Below are positions 35,004 to 48,255 of a stretch of 64,000 nucleotides of DNA, piece by piece. The stretch is from Epithemia pelagica (Eukaryota > Protista > Bacillariophyta), in contig OX337236.1 of NCBI GenBank assembly GCA_946965045.2, positions 2,356,001 to 2,420,000 on the forward strand, read 5' to 3'. Made by a program: the position numbers and the translations under genes. Within the stretch, counting starts at the first letter, position 1, and every line of letters begins with the position of its first letter. The notes under the pieces were generated by a model. It saw only the letters and a list, made by a program, of their open reading frames with translations, was not told the origin of the DNA and ran no database searches.

Positions 35004-36842
35004 ATGCCGAAAAGCGCTCTCAAAGGAAATGCTTTGGATCACAGTGACGACCATGTTTCGCTTGAGATTTCGAAGCTAGTTGACACGATCCGAGCGGACT
35101 TGGTCGCATCATCAACAGCTACAGACGAAGGCATCCGCCCGTGCCTTCAATTGCCCAAAGCGCTGGCAGACGTTGTGGAGACGGATCGAATTGTATACCG
35201 ATCGTGTTATGAACACCTGCAACCGGTCGTTTTGAACGCTTTGGAAAATGGAGTGAATCGTCTGTCAATTGAAGGGACGCCAGGAGTTGGAAAAAGCGTG
35301 TTTGGCTACGTATTGTTGCGGCACTTGGTTCGCGACGGTCAAACGGTTCTGTTCTGGGACAAAGATCAAGCCACCATGTTTTCCACCAACGCGGTCCACA
35401 TTGAGTATTTTGGACTTAATGGAGTGGCCAAAATCGACATCACAGTCAATGATGATGGCAAACAAATAAAAACAGTCAACTACGCAGCGTGGGGTGCAAC
35501 GGACCAGAACCTCAAAAGTGCTTTGATACACTCGGAGGTCTTCGTCATCCACGATCCCGCTGAAGGATACCTCTATGCTGGGACACAAGGTAATGCCATG
35601 CGCATGATAATTATTTTGTCCTTTGGCCACGCGTTGGTTTCGCAGTGGGCCAGGAAAGGTCTGATGCCTGTTCCGCTCATCATGCCTTGTTTCGACTACG
35701 AGGAGATCGTAGCCAACCACGAGAGCCTGTTTTCCCGCAACAGCCGCAAAACAAATCGAACGGAATGGACCATGGGAACGCTCAAGGTACTCCATGAAAA
35801 ATTCGGGGGGAGCATACGGCACTGGGGAATCCAATCAGAGGACGAGGCCTGGGAAGAGTTAGAAGCAAAAGTAGAAGAACTGGCCAGAACCAATGGTACT
35901 GGACTGGTTTCTCGAACACCAAATTCAAGAGGGAGCGTTGTTCATGTCAACGTAGACTTCGACAAGACCAAGCCACTGTTTCCCGACCCAAATTGCAACA
36001 AATTCAAGGGAAAGAGGTACGAGCTTGGATCAGCGCGCATCGCAGCCGATTTTTTCCAGGCTTTCATGGAGCAAGGAACCCAACAACTCCGTGCGTTCAT
36101 GCAGGGTGTAAAGAGCGAAAAAGGCGTTAAGGCGCTTTATGGTATTCTCTTTGAAGTGCACGCTCATAAGATCCTTCGCGATGGTAACCGCGATCTCAAG
36201 ATTCGGGTGGTGCGACGTGACGGCAAAGACAAAAATGTTTTTGCGGAAACTAAGTTACCAATTCTACCAGGACAACTGCTTCGTTTTCCGGGACGGGAAG
36301 CAAGTGGATTGACCAACGTGATTCCTCAGCAATCGTCCATTGATGGCACCTACATTATGCCAGAATCAAGCTCGTTTCCTACCTACGACGCCGCGGTAGT
36401 TGTAGACGGGCCAAGCGTTGGGCTTTCTGCGAAGAAAGTTGGACTCCTTCTTCAAATGACTGTTTCAGGAGCGAGTTCCCTTCGCCGACAACCAGAGCAC
36501 ATTGTGAGACAATACATGCGAAAGGAGATGCACAAAGAACTGGCAAAATCAATTAGTTTCTCGATGTCTGATCCGGCAGTGACAACCTTTTGCGTCCCGG
36601 ACGTTTGTTTTCATCCGTTCCTCTTTCAAATGGAAAGTAAGAAGGACGAGGATGTTGAAGTTCAATCACAGCCAGAGTTTCAGTTCGTGATTGAAATACC
36701 GGACTTTGCGGTGTTACCTCGTCAGAAGTTCCAGTCAACAGTTACTGTCGACCAAATACATGGCGCAAGTGGACGAACACACAGATATATGCTACGAAGC
36801 GAGCAACCACAAAAAAAGCAGAAAGTAGAAGAAATACACTAA
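35004..36842 (+). CDS. Crinkler/RHS-type effector-like protein (P-loop NTPase + PD-(D/E)XK nuclease), intact and intronless
   Basis: IEGTPGVGKSVFGYVLL (Walker A), VIHDP, KFGGSIRHW, GILFEVHAH, and nuclease-like P.SSSFPTYDAAV...LLQMTVS. Confidence 0.75.
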   Translation: MPKSALKGNALDHSDDHVSLEISKLVDTIRADLVASSTATDEGIRPCLQLPKALADVVETDRIVYRSCYEHLQPVVLNALENGVNRLSIEGTPGVGKSVFGYVLLRHLVRDGQTVLFWDKDQATMFSTNAVHIEYFGLNGVAKIDITVNDDGKQIKTVNYAAWGATDQNLKSALIHSEVFVIHDPAEGYLYAGTQGNAMRMIIILSFGHALVSQWARKGLMPVPLIMPCFDYEEIVANHESLFSRNSRKTNRTEWTMGTLKVLHEKFGGSIRHWGIQSEDEAWEELEAKVEELARTNGTGLVSRTPNSRGSVVHVNVDFDKTKPLFPDPNCNKFKGKRYELGSARIAADFFQAFMEQGTQQLRAFMQGVKSEKGVKALYGILFEVHAHKILRDGNRDLKIRVVRRDGKDKNVFAETKLPILPGQLLRFPGREASGLTNVIPQQSSIDGTYIMPESSSFPTYDAAVVVDGPSVGLSAKKVGLLLQMTVSGASSLRRQPEHIVRQYMRKEMHKELAKSISFSMSDPAVTTFCVPDVCFHPFLFQMESKKDEDVEVQSQPEFQFVIEIPDFAVLPRQKFQSTVTVDQIHGASGRTHRYMLRSEQPQKKQKVEEIH

Positions 36843-37365
36843 TAGAAGTTCTTGTGACGTTGCGGAAATCAAGTCCGTTTGTGGCAAAAATGGTGAGTAG
36901 TGGTGTTGGCATTGACCGCGTGAATAGTTCAATTTTCGAATGTAAAATCCCAGCAGGGTACTGGTCTAATTGTATCATAGCAGTCTCTTTGGCATCTCAG
37001 AAACGGAAGCGATCTTACCTGAAGTTTTAGTACAGTAAGGAAACATCATCAATCAATCAACAACCATCGGAAGTCTACGCGAGCTTCCGTTGGTTGGACC
37101 ACACAGCGTGCCATCCAGATTTTATTGCCTCTCAGTCAAACAAATAAACATCCATACGAATGTTCAACCAAGAACAACAACACCACATTGCCCGTCGGGC
37201 CCTGATGGCTCGAGGCATCTTCCCTCCGGAGACATTGCAACACACTCTAAGCTACACTTTAATTCATTGAAATAACTTTTTAGGGTGAATTACGGCTCCA
37301 CTAGTAACCGAGCGAGTCTCTAGGTCCAACCTTCTGTCATGTCCTCCTGTCGCTGTCGCTGCCGC

Positions 37366-38870
37366 CTACTTTCGAGATGGGGACTTCCACTTGAAACCAA
37401 CATCCTTCAATCGACCAATCTGGTCCAATGTCAGCAATGAATCCTTGTTCTTGCAAAAGCGCTTGTACTCATTGCGCTGAGCCAAAACCCATTTCGCTAG
37501 TTGGGAATGGACTTTTCGAGTCAACATGAATGTTGCAGTGGCCCATGGCCGTCTTGTATTTTTGCAGCTCATTCAGACCTTCCTCAAACGACATTGGTTG
37601 CGGGCAGTTCTTGCCCGGTTCGGGAAGAACCACCACGCGCAAGAATTTTCAATGGGTTCATAAATGATTTTCTTCCTTGCGAGATTGTTGGCATGGCCCC
37701 TGATGATTCTTTTGGTGACACCACGATTTGATCGCCGTAAATCTTCGACATTCTCCTTCGTGAACAATTTGAAGTACCATCTTGGGATCAGTGACAACTC
37801 GTGCCAATCTGAGTCGCGTTCTTTTTTGGAATGAAAGGCAGCAAACAACAGGCAGCAAAAGGGCACCAGCAACACAAGCACGGCGACGACTTGTGATGTC
37901 AGTAAAAGTAAAATAATAGTACGAGTGGAACAAATGGCAACATATCAAACTCATTATTAAGATAACTGACACACACTCCTATTCATCACGTCACACTCTT
38001 TTATCATTATCAACCATGACGCGCAAATCTGTCCAAGGAGGCTATTGCGATTACCCCGACAAGGTGGGCTGCGCACTCACCAGAGAGTTTTGCGACGATC
38101 CTGCCAATTTTCGATCGAGCCGACAGATGCAGACCGCTCCGGCCATGGCCCATGGCGGGAGCTGAACAGATTTTTGGACATGAACGATTAGAAACAGGAT
38201 AAACTCGATCCTGGTGCTGTTCTGCGACTTGTGTCGTTCTTTCGAGAGGAGAATCAGCATCGAAGAAACTGCACCGATGGCTTTGGGCTCTGGCTCGAGC
38301 CGACGACGGACACTTGCTCCTGTTGGGTAACATTGCTTGGCATCCGTCTAGCTCTACAGCATTTCGATGGAGACACCTCGATATTGCCCCTCCACTATTG
38401 GCAAGCATTCCATGTGGACAAAACATTCCATGATTGGAATTGCTGCCGTCACGCATGGCGACGAAACCATCCTCCAAACACAGTGCCTTCCCCCGTCCTA
38501 CTCCCGAATAACCGAAGCAGCTGTAGCATTTCTTGGCGATGGAGATTTCAGGGACCCAAACGAACCAGCCCACCCGGGAGGAACATAACACGACAATGCC
38601 TCTTGACGATCGTGTCTGCTTTCGGAGCGACCAGGAATGTAATCCTTTCCATTCCACGCAGAAGTTGTTGTGGTCTGATGGAATCCTGGCGTGACGCATT
38701 TTGCTCCGATCATACTACAGAATCTCTGGTAGATCAGAACGTTAGATTTCTCCATCCTAGTTTCACGTCGAGACATCGCCCGAAAAGGAGACATTTTGTG
38801 TGGCCCTCTTCGAGCAGATAATTGCTTGCGTTGCTGTCTTCCACAAACAATCAATTTTGATTGCATGAAG
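37366..38870 (-). pseudogene. Degenerate gene ending in a helicase-associated (HA) domain
   Basis: MSFEEGLNELQKYKTAMGHCNIH, then a one-base shift at a CCC run, then QLAKWVLAQRNEYK...QIGRLKDVGFKW, the HA consensus. The upstream ~1.2 kb is fragmented coding-like sequence, so its inclusion is tentative. Confidence 0.6.
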
Positions 38871-39644
38871 TCGATACAAACAATCGATCTTTAAGAAAGT
38901 GATGTTGGATTGTATTCATGAGTAACTTCGTTGATCCCGAGTGGACAGAACTCATAGCGATAGTCATAATTTTTAACTGTTACATACAAAAATATTACTG
39001 CTAGCTCATTTTTCTCCAAACGCTTTTCATTTGTCGAACGATTGTTCAAAAGATCATTCAAATGGAAAGCTGAAAGTTTAATGCCAACAGCGAATTTCTG
39101 GAGTATGGAAAGCTGAAAGCTTGATGCCAAGAGAGAGAGAGAGAGATTCCCTTGAAGTGCTCTACCTAGTAACCTTCATTAGACAGTGGCTGGAAGCTAC
39201 CGTACGACAGTTCCACACAAACAAACAACCGAGACGGCCAACATCCATCACAGATATGAGGAACAAATTGTTCTGACATACGAATAAATTTGACCACAAT
39301 TTAATGGAGAAACTTGAGAAGCTCTGGATCGGCTGTAGGATTAAGGAAAGCAAAAAGCAAAGTAGTAAACGTCCCTTTCTGTGAAAAAAGACTTTGATCG
39401 AATTTGCACAAGATCCTGCCCACGATCTTTTGCCCCATCAATCAGAACAGGACTAACTTCTACTGTAGATTCAGAGAAATAACAACAGGTATTGTTTTGA
39501 ACCCTTCATGCATTGATGCCATCCAGTTCTCATTAACGAGATGCTTTCTCATGTCTTTATAATCAGTTTAGTAGATTTTCAAAGGACAACGTCCGTCGAC
39601 GCGAAATGGATACAAAAATATACTTTTTAATTCATTTCGTTTGG

Positions 39645-42600
39645 TTAGGATGTGGGAACTTCTCCGCCCACCGTACCGCCCCCGCCTAATGTCGAGTTTC
39701 CAGTAATTGTGGATGATAAAGAAACGTCTTCATCTCCCACCCATGGAGATACTCTCTTGTAAGATGAAGAGCTAGTCCTGCTGTTGTTCTGGATAGCATT
39801 GCCGAAAGAATCTCTTGGTGTTCTTCGGATACTAGAGACCAAAGGTATATCACCATCGTCCACCATGAATGCACGAGGCGAGCTCGACATATTTTCAAGA
39901 CTTCCCGATCGAACATGATGTGAATAGGAAGGCGAGGAAGAATGAGCATTTTGCTGTGGTTGTTGTAACCGATTCGGACTTGAAGACATAGTGTTGTGGT
40001 TCAGTCTTACACGCTCTACTTCCGGACTTCGGGGACTTCCAGCCGAAGAGAAAAGAGACACTCGATCTCTCACACTAACTGGTGTTGCAGACTCAGACAG
40101 TGGCACTGTGGAAGTTGGTACAGTTTCCGATTTCTTCTCTTCATTTATGTGATCCATGAATCGACCATCTAGACTTCGCTGAGGTCGATGCTTTGTGGAA
40201 CCAAAGTCTCTGTGAGACGATGACGCTGAGAGTCGAGTATTTGCCGTCGAATTTCCCGATGGTGGTGATGAATTCGGAGCTTGATCGACTTTCTTTTCTT
40301 CAAATGAGGACTCCCGTTTATTGGAGAACCGAACACCGCCTGACGAGACTGGACTACTTTGGGAGCTCGGTTTCTCCGTGGCGTCTCGCCGATTGCCAAA
40401 CGAGAAGCGTCCGGTCGAAGTTGAAGCGGATGGTGAACTTTGATGTCTTCGATGCATCTGTTGAGCCTCTTCAGCCTTCTGTTGCTGTTGCAACAACGCA
40501 TACTCCGCTCTGATCCTCATGGGAACTCCTTCCAAAGAAGCCGAGTCTACACTTCGCGAATCTCCCGGAACAACCATTCGTCTCTGCTCTTCCACGGATG
40601 CATCAGTCGAATTAGTACTAGTGGGTCGGCGTGATTGGTTCTTCACAAACGACGAAGAAGTGGTACTGTTACTGCGATCTCCTTTCAAGGAAGACGAGTC
40701 TTCTTCGACCACGTTCTCGTGATGGTGGCTCGTATCGAGGTGTACGTTGCTGTTGGCATGATTGCTGTTGCCCCCGGGGGTTTTGACCGGTGACCGACTG
40801 GAGGGATTAGTCGCAGTAGAAGTACTAGCACCATTCAACTGCAACCGACTAGGCTGGATCGCTTGTTCGTACCGATGCCGGGCCGAGTTTGCGCTGGACG
40901 TGCCAGAATCGTGTTGCTGCTGCTGGTATTGAGAAGCATAGCTTCGGTTTCCACTTGTCGATTCCACGGGGGAAGGCTCCCTTTCTACTAAAGGCGGTGG
41001 CGGTGGAGTCTTGTACGTTGCTTTGGGGGACAGAGAGGCAGTCGACGCCGTTGCCATGGCTTGGCGGTTTGATGGAGGCGTTAAAGGATGTGATTGTAAT
41101 TGTGCCTGCAATGGTTGTTGCTGCTGTGAATGATACGATTGGGAATACGATGGCTGCTGTCTCGTCATTCCCACCAACGACGGGGAGGAGGTAGTACTCT
41201 TGTTTTTTAATGGTGATGAGTAGGAGGAGGACGTCATGTTGTGAATGCTACTGGTGCCGTTGTGAAAGGAGGCAATCGACGTGGATCGGGGTGCCCGAAG
41301 ATTTTGCTGCTGCTGCTGCTGTTGTTGTTGCGTGGGAGATGTGGTGGCGACAAGTGTGGGTGAAAAGGCACCCGTACTTGTTTTGAAGGTATTCAAAGAG
41401 GACGACCGATCATAGTGCACTGGCGCTGTTGGTTGTCGGGGCGAGGTTCGATTCTTGCCGGGTGGGTCAGCGCGTTGTACTCGTTTGTTCTGATAAAAGT
41501 TTCGATTAGACGAGGATGAGGACGACGAAGCCGATTGCCGACTGGGGGAAATGTTATGGGGACTGGATGAAAAGGGGTTGTACGTGTCGGAGATGCTATG
41601 AGCAGTTTCATGATGACCTCCCAGGAAAGCAGTATTTCGTGCTTCGGGAGAGGTAGCTGTCGTAGCAGTGGCGAAGCTGTCGGGAAAGTTTGTGTGAAAG
41701 GATGCTTCAAAGGCATCAATGCTGCTGATTGTACTCTTGTCATCTTCCATCGTCAGAGGTGGAAGGTCAGATTCTTCCTCGTCAAATCCTCCAAGGGTGG
41801 TGACTCGATTTCGGGAATTGAGTCGACTCACCGATGTGATATCGCCCGGAAACTGTTCATTATAAAGATTGTTGTTGTACAAGGACCGACCCAATTTCGG
41901 TGAAGCCGAATGGGGAAAGGGTGGTGAAGGTGTCGAATCGGAAAGCGACGATCGTTGCGTGGATTTAGCGGGTGACGAGGAAGGCAATTCCGAAATGGGA
42001 TCTTTTTCTTCGTCTTCATCCTCCTCCCCTTCTTCCTCTTCTTCCTTGTGGTTATTGTTGTCATTGCCATTTTGATCGACTGGCATGGCAAATCGGTTCT
42101 CTTCGACTGCTGCAGTATCATTGGTATTAATCTCAAGACCACCCGTCCTCAACCTTGTCGACGACGCTTGTGGCGGCGGTGGTAGTTGTTTTGGTGGCGG
42201 CGAAGTTTGTGCAGAGGAGGCGAGCAATTGATCCATTTGTGGATCCATACCAGGCTCGTCCGATCGTGGTTCCAGACCAATGGCAGGTGTTTCCTCGGTC
42301 GTCTCCGCGGCAGATGGCGGGGCCAAGGGCAAGGGCGCCACAGTGGAGGTGGGTCGCGGTGGACTCTTGGGCAGCGCCAGTGGAGGGCTCAAACGAACCG
42401 ATGGCGGGGCCAAGGACGGGTCATTGCGCTGATGAGTACTATTGGTTGGTGCTTCTTGTGGTTGCTGCGGATGGGCTGCGCCCCGACGCTCACCAGCCGC
42501 ACTTGTGGAAGTGACGACACTTTCCTTACCACTCGTACTAGACATGGAAACCACTGTGGTAGAGTCAGTCTGTGGTTGTGGTTGCTGTGTCGGCAGCACG

Positions 42601-43390
42601 GAGGAGCTCGACAGCGATCGTTGATGCTGTTGTTGTTGCTCTAGTAAGTGTTGTTGATGTTGTTGCTGAATATTGGCCAGCTCCTTCTTGAGCATAGCGA
42701 CGTGCGAAATGGCTCCCCGACATCGACTGGCCAAGTTCATCTATTTGTTCAGACAGAAAATAGGGAAATAAATAGGAATCGCATTTGCAAACGGGGTGAG
42801 TTTCACAAAACATCACCAAAGAAACAAGTTTGGTCAAAGGTAGCTTACATTTTCCATGGTAAGTCGATTCACATTTTTTGTTTCTTCACGGTGTCTGACT
42901 CTTAATTCACTCTATAGCAGTAAACAGTCACCCAGCAATGTCCCCAAAATATGCAACAACAAACAAAAAACGTTAAGCACAGCAATAAGTCAAAAGTGAG
43001 TAGTGGACCATGACGATAACTTCTATTGCAAAGTGTCAAGTTCACACAAACTTGGACGACACGACGCGGCAAGAAACGCACCAATTCCTTGGCCAATCGA
43101 TAGTTTTTCGCCGTCAAGGCTGCTTCCTCAACTGTGGCCTTGCGACGCACATTGTCGACTGTGGTAATGGTAGGCACTGTGGGAAAAGTACCAGGAACCG
43201 ACGGCTGTGGTGCCGGTGGAATCACCGTGATAGCACTGCCATTGTTGTTGGAATGGGGACCGGACAAGGACGAGGTTACCGGACTAGGTGGCGCTTCGCC
43301 TGCATTTGTCGAAGCATCACTGCTGCTACTTCCAGTGCTGTTGCGACGAATCCGTGTCCGCCGAGCAGCGGCTTGAACGGCCTTGCGCAT
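39645..43390 (-). CDS. Large protein with N-terminal coiled coil and long S/P/Q-rich disordered tail; exons 43390-43082, 42911-42849, 42740-39645
   Basis: Two phase-0 GT-AG introns (43081-42912, 42848-42741) give NYRLAKEL|SELRVRHREETKNVNRLTMEN|MNLASRCRGAISH. The last exon is a 1031-codon open frame. Confidence 0.8.
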
Positions 43391-44999
43391 CGTTCCCAAT
43401 GAAACTCCACCAAGTTGGTGACTGTTGCTCAAGATCACTTGCCACCACACTCACTGTCAGGAGTAAATGATGATTTGCCAAAGTGCTCTTGAGTAATGTG
43501 GATCCTCTTTAAACGGACCAGCAAGAAACCAGAGCCGCAATTGCCCTCCGTTACTCGGCTTTGTCCCAAGCAAGGGTGCTTCTTTGCTGCAAAATCTCTG
43601 GTCCAGAAAGAATCAATCCAACAGTGCACGAAAGTCCAATCTTGCGTCACCCCCAACACCACTCTTGAAAACCACTGTCGGCCGTGTAGGTAAATTGACG
43701 GATGGATTTCGTCCAGTTTCTGGATCAAAGTGATGTGTCTCTGGCGCGTCTTTTCAATCTCAATGGCAAACCTCGATGTTTGTTGCTTTCAAGTCTCTTC
43801 CTTCTCCCGAGAGTGATGAGCACAAACAGACGTGATGATGGCAAGAGCCAAGCAGGAAGGCCAGTAGGGTATAGGAGACGCAGTCAACACAATCTCAAAG
43901 ACGACAAAGCTGGGTAAACACACAACAACAACAGGAGAGTCGAGGAGAGAGCGTACGGAACAAACGACGCGAGAATACCTAATCCAGAAACGCCATCTCT
44001 TCCTTGTCCCTGCCGAGATCGACCCCTACATTACCTCACCGGCTGGCGTTTCTCCTCCTATGTCTTCAGTTTCTGGTCGTGCGGGGACGAGGATGCCTGG
44101 ATACGACTCGCCGGTGGTCATCCGTTCCAGGGGCCGTTGTCAGCACTACAAGAATGGAATTGCATCCAAGCCGGGCGAGACAGAATTCGTCGAAGGCTGA
44201 GTAAGTATCGATCTTGTCAAGCGCACGACTCGCCGGGGGGACCCTCTAAGTAATGATCTGTCATTCACGAATCCAATGGATCGATCCCGCGCGCCATCAT
44301 GACGCGGAAGTGGGTGAATCTTTGTCCATCCAATCCGGGATCCATCGACAATCGGCAATCGGCATCTGCGGAAAATTCGGCAGGGCTGAGTCTACACTGT
44401 GTCCTACACTATCATACACTGTTCCGAATGGGGCCAATGCCAGATACCCTACCAGTCCCCATTCCGAGCGGACAAATCAAACGAAAAATGACCTCAAATT
44501 GTAGATGCCGTCACATTTTTTTGTCTCTCCCTCTCGCTCCTGCAGAATCCACTCTCTTACAGGCTGCCCATTCCATCTTTGCTTCTGGTCTTTCTCATCA
44601 CCACCACTTGATCGAGTGATTAAGGGGGTCACATCTACAGGGTCCCTGAACGATCGCTCTCTTATCTGAGGCACTGTTGGAGCGCCATGATCATAGAAAA
44701 TACCTGCCCTTGGAAGTAGTTGGAACGAAGTACCTGATTTGGAGCGACCAGTTTATTGGTGCAATGAATACGGTAGTTGACAGATTAAGATAGTTACTCA
44801 AGTACAATGTAAATATGAAATGGAACAAAGTAGTAGTCTATTATGCTGTATGAAACCGTCTGGGAATAACCATAAATTGAATGAATTGGCGAACATGAGA
44901 TTCCCATTCAATGGGATCTGTCCCCAAAAGAAGCTGAAAACGGCATTGTGATACCAACGTTGGTCGCAATTGCTGCTGCCCACAGAAAGCGAATTTCAT

Positions 45000-45710
45000 C
45001 TATTGTCGGTTGACGGTTTCCATGGGACGGTAACAATAGTGTGCCTGGGCCAAGACGACGGCAAAGAGTGCCGAGGATCGGGAGATTGCTTGCGCCGCGT
45101 CCGCAATGGCACGTTCTCGTTTCTCAATCAACGACGAGGCAAAGTACGTATTGGGCGAATGCTCTTCTTCTACCAAGAGAACTGTATCCACAACAAGTCG
45201 TCTTCGAACCTTCTTGCCCTCAAGCAGAGCGTAAATGGATAACTTCTCTGTGCCAACACGGGCGTAATGGTTGGAGACAAGCTTTCTGAGCTTCTTGTAG
45301 TCACTGCTGTCCAGCAAGGTCTCGTTGCTGGCCTTGGGACAGTTGCATGCATCGTGCAAACGTCTGAGGACATTTCCATAGGAGTCAGCATTATGTTCGT
45401 TCTCTTGTTCCATTTGAGCTATTCTCTTGGCTGATATCTTATTGTTGGTCTTGAACCTTTTGAAATCCGAGTTCCTGTACCACAGACTCGGAATATCATC
45501 GAGAGAAACCGTATGATTCACATAGGAAACGTTGGCCCCTTCATTGAACGTTACTCGTCTTCTGGGATTACTTGTTTTTTCAGCATGCAATAAAGGACAC
45601 GGTTTGTTGGTGTCAATGGTGGATGAGACTGAGCGTTCGTCAGAGGAGAAGAGTGGATCATCATGCGCAATGATGGTTTCGTCAACAAATTTACGTCGTC
45701 GGCGAGGCAT
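45000..45710 (-). CDS. Hypothetical protein of an expanded diatom-type family
   Basis: RRRVTFNE...SLWYRNSDFKRFK...GTEK pattern. 236-aa open frame. Confidence 0.65.
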   Translation of the reverse strand: MPRRRRKFVDETIIAHDDPLFSSDERSVSSTIDTNKPCPLLHAEKTSNPRRRVTFNEGANVSYVNHTVSLDDIPSLWYRNSDFKRFKTNNKISAKRIAQMEQENEHNADSYGNVLRRLHDACNCPKASNETLLDSSDYKKLRKLVSNHYARVGTEKLSIYALLEGKKVRRRLVVDTVLLVEEEHSPNTYFASSLIEKRERAIADAAQAISRSSALFAVVLAQAHYCYRPMETVNRQ

Positions 45711-46823
45711 GGCACAATTTTCAGAAAAGCAAATTCACAAGATGAAGTCTGTCTCGTTTGCTTTGTGAGGATTATGGGAGAATTAGACGACTGAGAGCAA
45801 TCTTCTGACCAGGTTGGCAGCCGCAGGACAAAAACCTCATTTTTTGAGACAAAGAATAACAACGATTAACTTCTGGACGATACAGCATTATAGAGATCCT
45901 GTCTCCGATAGTGGTGTACACCAGGAAAGATAAAAAATCAGAAACGGTCGGGAAATAATGGGAAATCGTCTTTCGTCGTCTACCGCCGTTTCACGTTTTT
46001 ACTTTTTTCTTGTTTTTTTTTTCCTGATCGATTAGATGATAGTTTAGCGACACACTCGTATTGTAGTCATTCTACTCGTAATCGTAACTCCTTCCAAGGT
46101 TGCTCCTGCGTCACGTCACGGACACTCGGCCTGACGAGACGCGTCACAGAGTTGACGAAGTTTTGACCAAATATATTTCGTCAAGGGTGACGAGCCGGGA
46201 TACCCGTAACAACAACACGATTCAACGATGACACTCACATGAAAGTACTATGTAGATGATTACATGTAATGGTAATGATAAAGAATGGTCCCTAATGGTG
46301 CTTGAATCCTACCATGATGGAGGTTAGCTCCACATTGTGCCGTCTTCACCTTTGATCTTTGATGACATAGCATGTAAGATTATGGCGCCCCTTTTCTCAC
46401 CTTTCCCTTCTTGCTCGCCTTGTCACCTGATTCAGAATCTTATGCTTCCTCTTCTTTGTTTTCATCGCCCTTGGCTTGTCCTATTGCTGCTCGCCCAGGC
46501 TCGTACGCGTCGTCATCGTCATCCGTCGTCATCACCGTTACCAGAGGGGGTCGTTGTCATTATTGTTATCGCCAAGCATGGTTGGTAGGTCGTCGTTTAC
46601 CTTCATGTTTCATTTTGAAACCATTTTTGAGTGTTTCTCATTGTATCTGATTGCTTGGCGAAGGTAAATAGAAGTTTGTATGAGCTTCTTTGATTCGTCA
46701 CCAATTCGTCAATGCCAGATCGGGAGACATGACATGGTGGGTATTTGGTCATCTGTGACGCCGTCACAGTAGCAACCTTGCTCCTACGTTAGTGTACCGT
46801 TGCTCGCCGGTCGGTAGTCGGTA

Positions 46824-47296
46824 CAGGGTGACCGGAGTCTAATTATACCCCCACTTTTAGACCCGGTCTAAAAGGTTATAATTATTTTAGACAGAGGTCG
46901 AGTCTAAAATAAAATTTTTAGACTCTTAACCTTAACCCTTCAGTAGCGCCGCCACCACTGCGTGAGTAGGAGACCATTCTGCCTCATTCATCTCAATGCC
47001 ATCGCAATGAACAAAGTAAGGTCTCAGTTATCCTCTCTCATGCTTAGAGAGTGCAAGAACAATGTTATCCATACCATCCAATAACTTAGATGATGAAGCT
47101 ATGAGGTCCTCTGGATGTGTTGTCATAGACAATGCTCGCTCCTAGTAGCTGGCTGTCTAGGGTTAGGGTTATTGCTTCGCCGTACAAAACCACGGAGAGA
47201 TTTTAGACCCTGTTTTAGACATTTTATACAGTCTAAAAGTACCTTTAGATTTATTTTAGACCCGAAATAGTTTAGACTGTCTAAACGGTCACCCTG
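46824..47296. mobile_element. MITE (473 bp)
   Basis: Perfect 11-bp TIR CAGGGTGACCG. Flanking direct repeat GTCGGTA (46817-46823 and 47297-47303). Clusters of TTTTAGAC/GTCTAAAA subterminal repeats at both ends. Confidence 0.85.
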
Positions 47297-48255
47297 GTCG
47301 GTAGGCGTAGGCAGTTGAGAAAAAAATGAAAAAAAGGCAAGTGTTTCTAGTTTCTAGCCTTTTTCCAAATCTAAAATCTAAAATCCGAAGACACCAGACA
47401 TCAAGAATCAAGAAATGACTGACTGTCTGTCGTACCGGGACTAAGAATTTAGCCTTAGAGTTGCCTTTGCGCGAACCTTGAAGTTTTCGGCATTAAATAA
47501 TAAGGTAGGAGTACGATCATCATTATATTATAGAACTGGTACACGTTTAGTACCTAATGACAAAACCCTAAAAAATGACATTTTTTTCGTACACATTAAG
47601 GTTTCTAGAAATTCGACCGTTGTTGTCGGCCGTTTTCGACCGATTCCTGAGTACCATGGGTCAAGTAAGGCCTCTAAACTCCCAACAATAGTGTTCTCAG
47701 AAAGTATGTAGCTCCATCTTTGAGTTGGTTGTGGTTGTGGCATCCAAAAAAGAGCCAGAGCAGAAGGCAAATTTTGGTGAGATTCGTGTCATTTTGTGTC
47801 ATCGACGTCTTCTGCCATACAACTCACCATTTCCTTGCTTGCTTTTGTTGAATCCTAACCCAGGGCTTCTTAGTGGATCACAACAGTTGATATTGTGCAA
47901 ATAGCCTGCCCAAGGCACCTTGCACAAGGGATTGGTTGCTGGCCGATGCGCCCATCAAAAACAACAAAATTCACCAATCAACCAATATCGAACCGCAACC
48001 GCAACCACAACCACAACTACAACAATTACCAAAACAGTGTTGGGCTTGTTGATGGCTTAACCTTGTCTTCATTGATGATGGTCCAGTCTCTACGGACTGG
48101 CCGATTGACGGGGGAGTAGTGGTGGCGAATTGCAGGGGGGACGACGACGATTCGCCGCTGCTGTTGGGCGTCGTTGTCGTGTCAAGGACGGGAGAAGATG
48201 CACGACAGGATGGTTCATCTTGGATGGCCAACATTCCCATGTCATCCGATGCTGT

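Noticed and set aside
38010-38870. Identifiable enzyme domain upstream of the HA remnant
   Set aside because: Protein-like fragments in several frames, but no coherent motif could be assembled.
43450-46800. Numerous short ORFs (60-130 aa) flanking the 45000-45710 gene
   Set aside because: No motifs, overlapping in conflicting frames, and composition typical of intergenic or UTR sequence.
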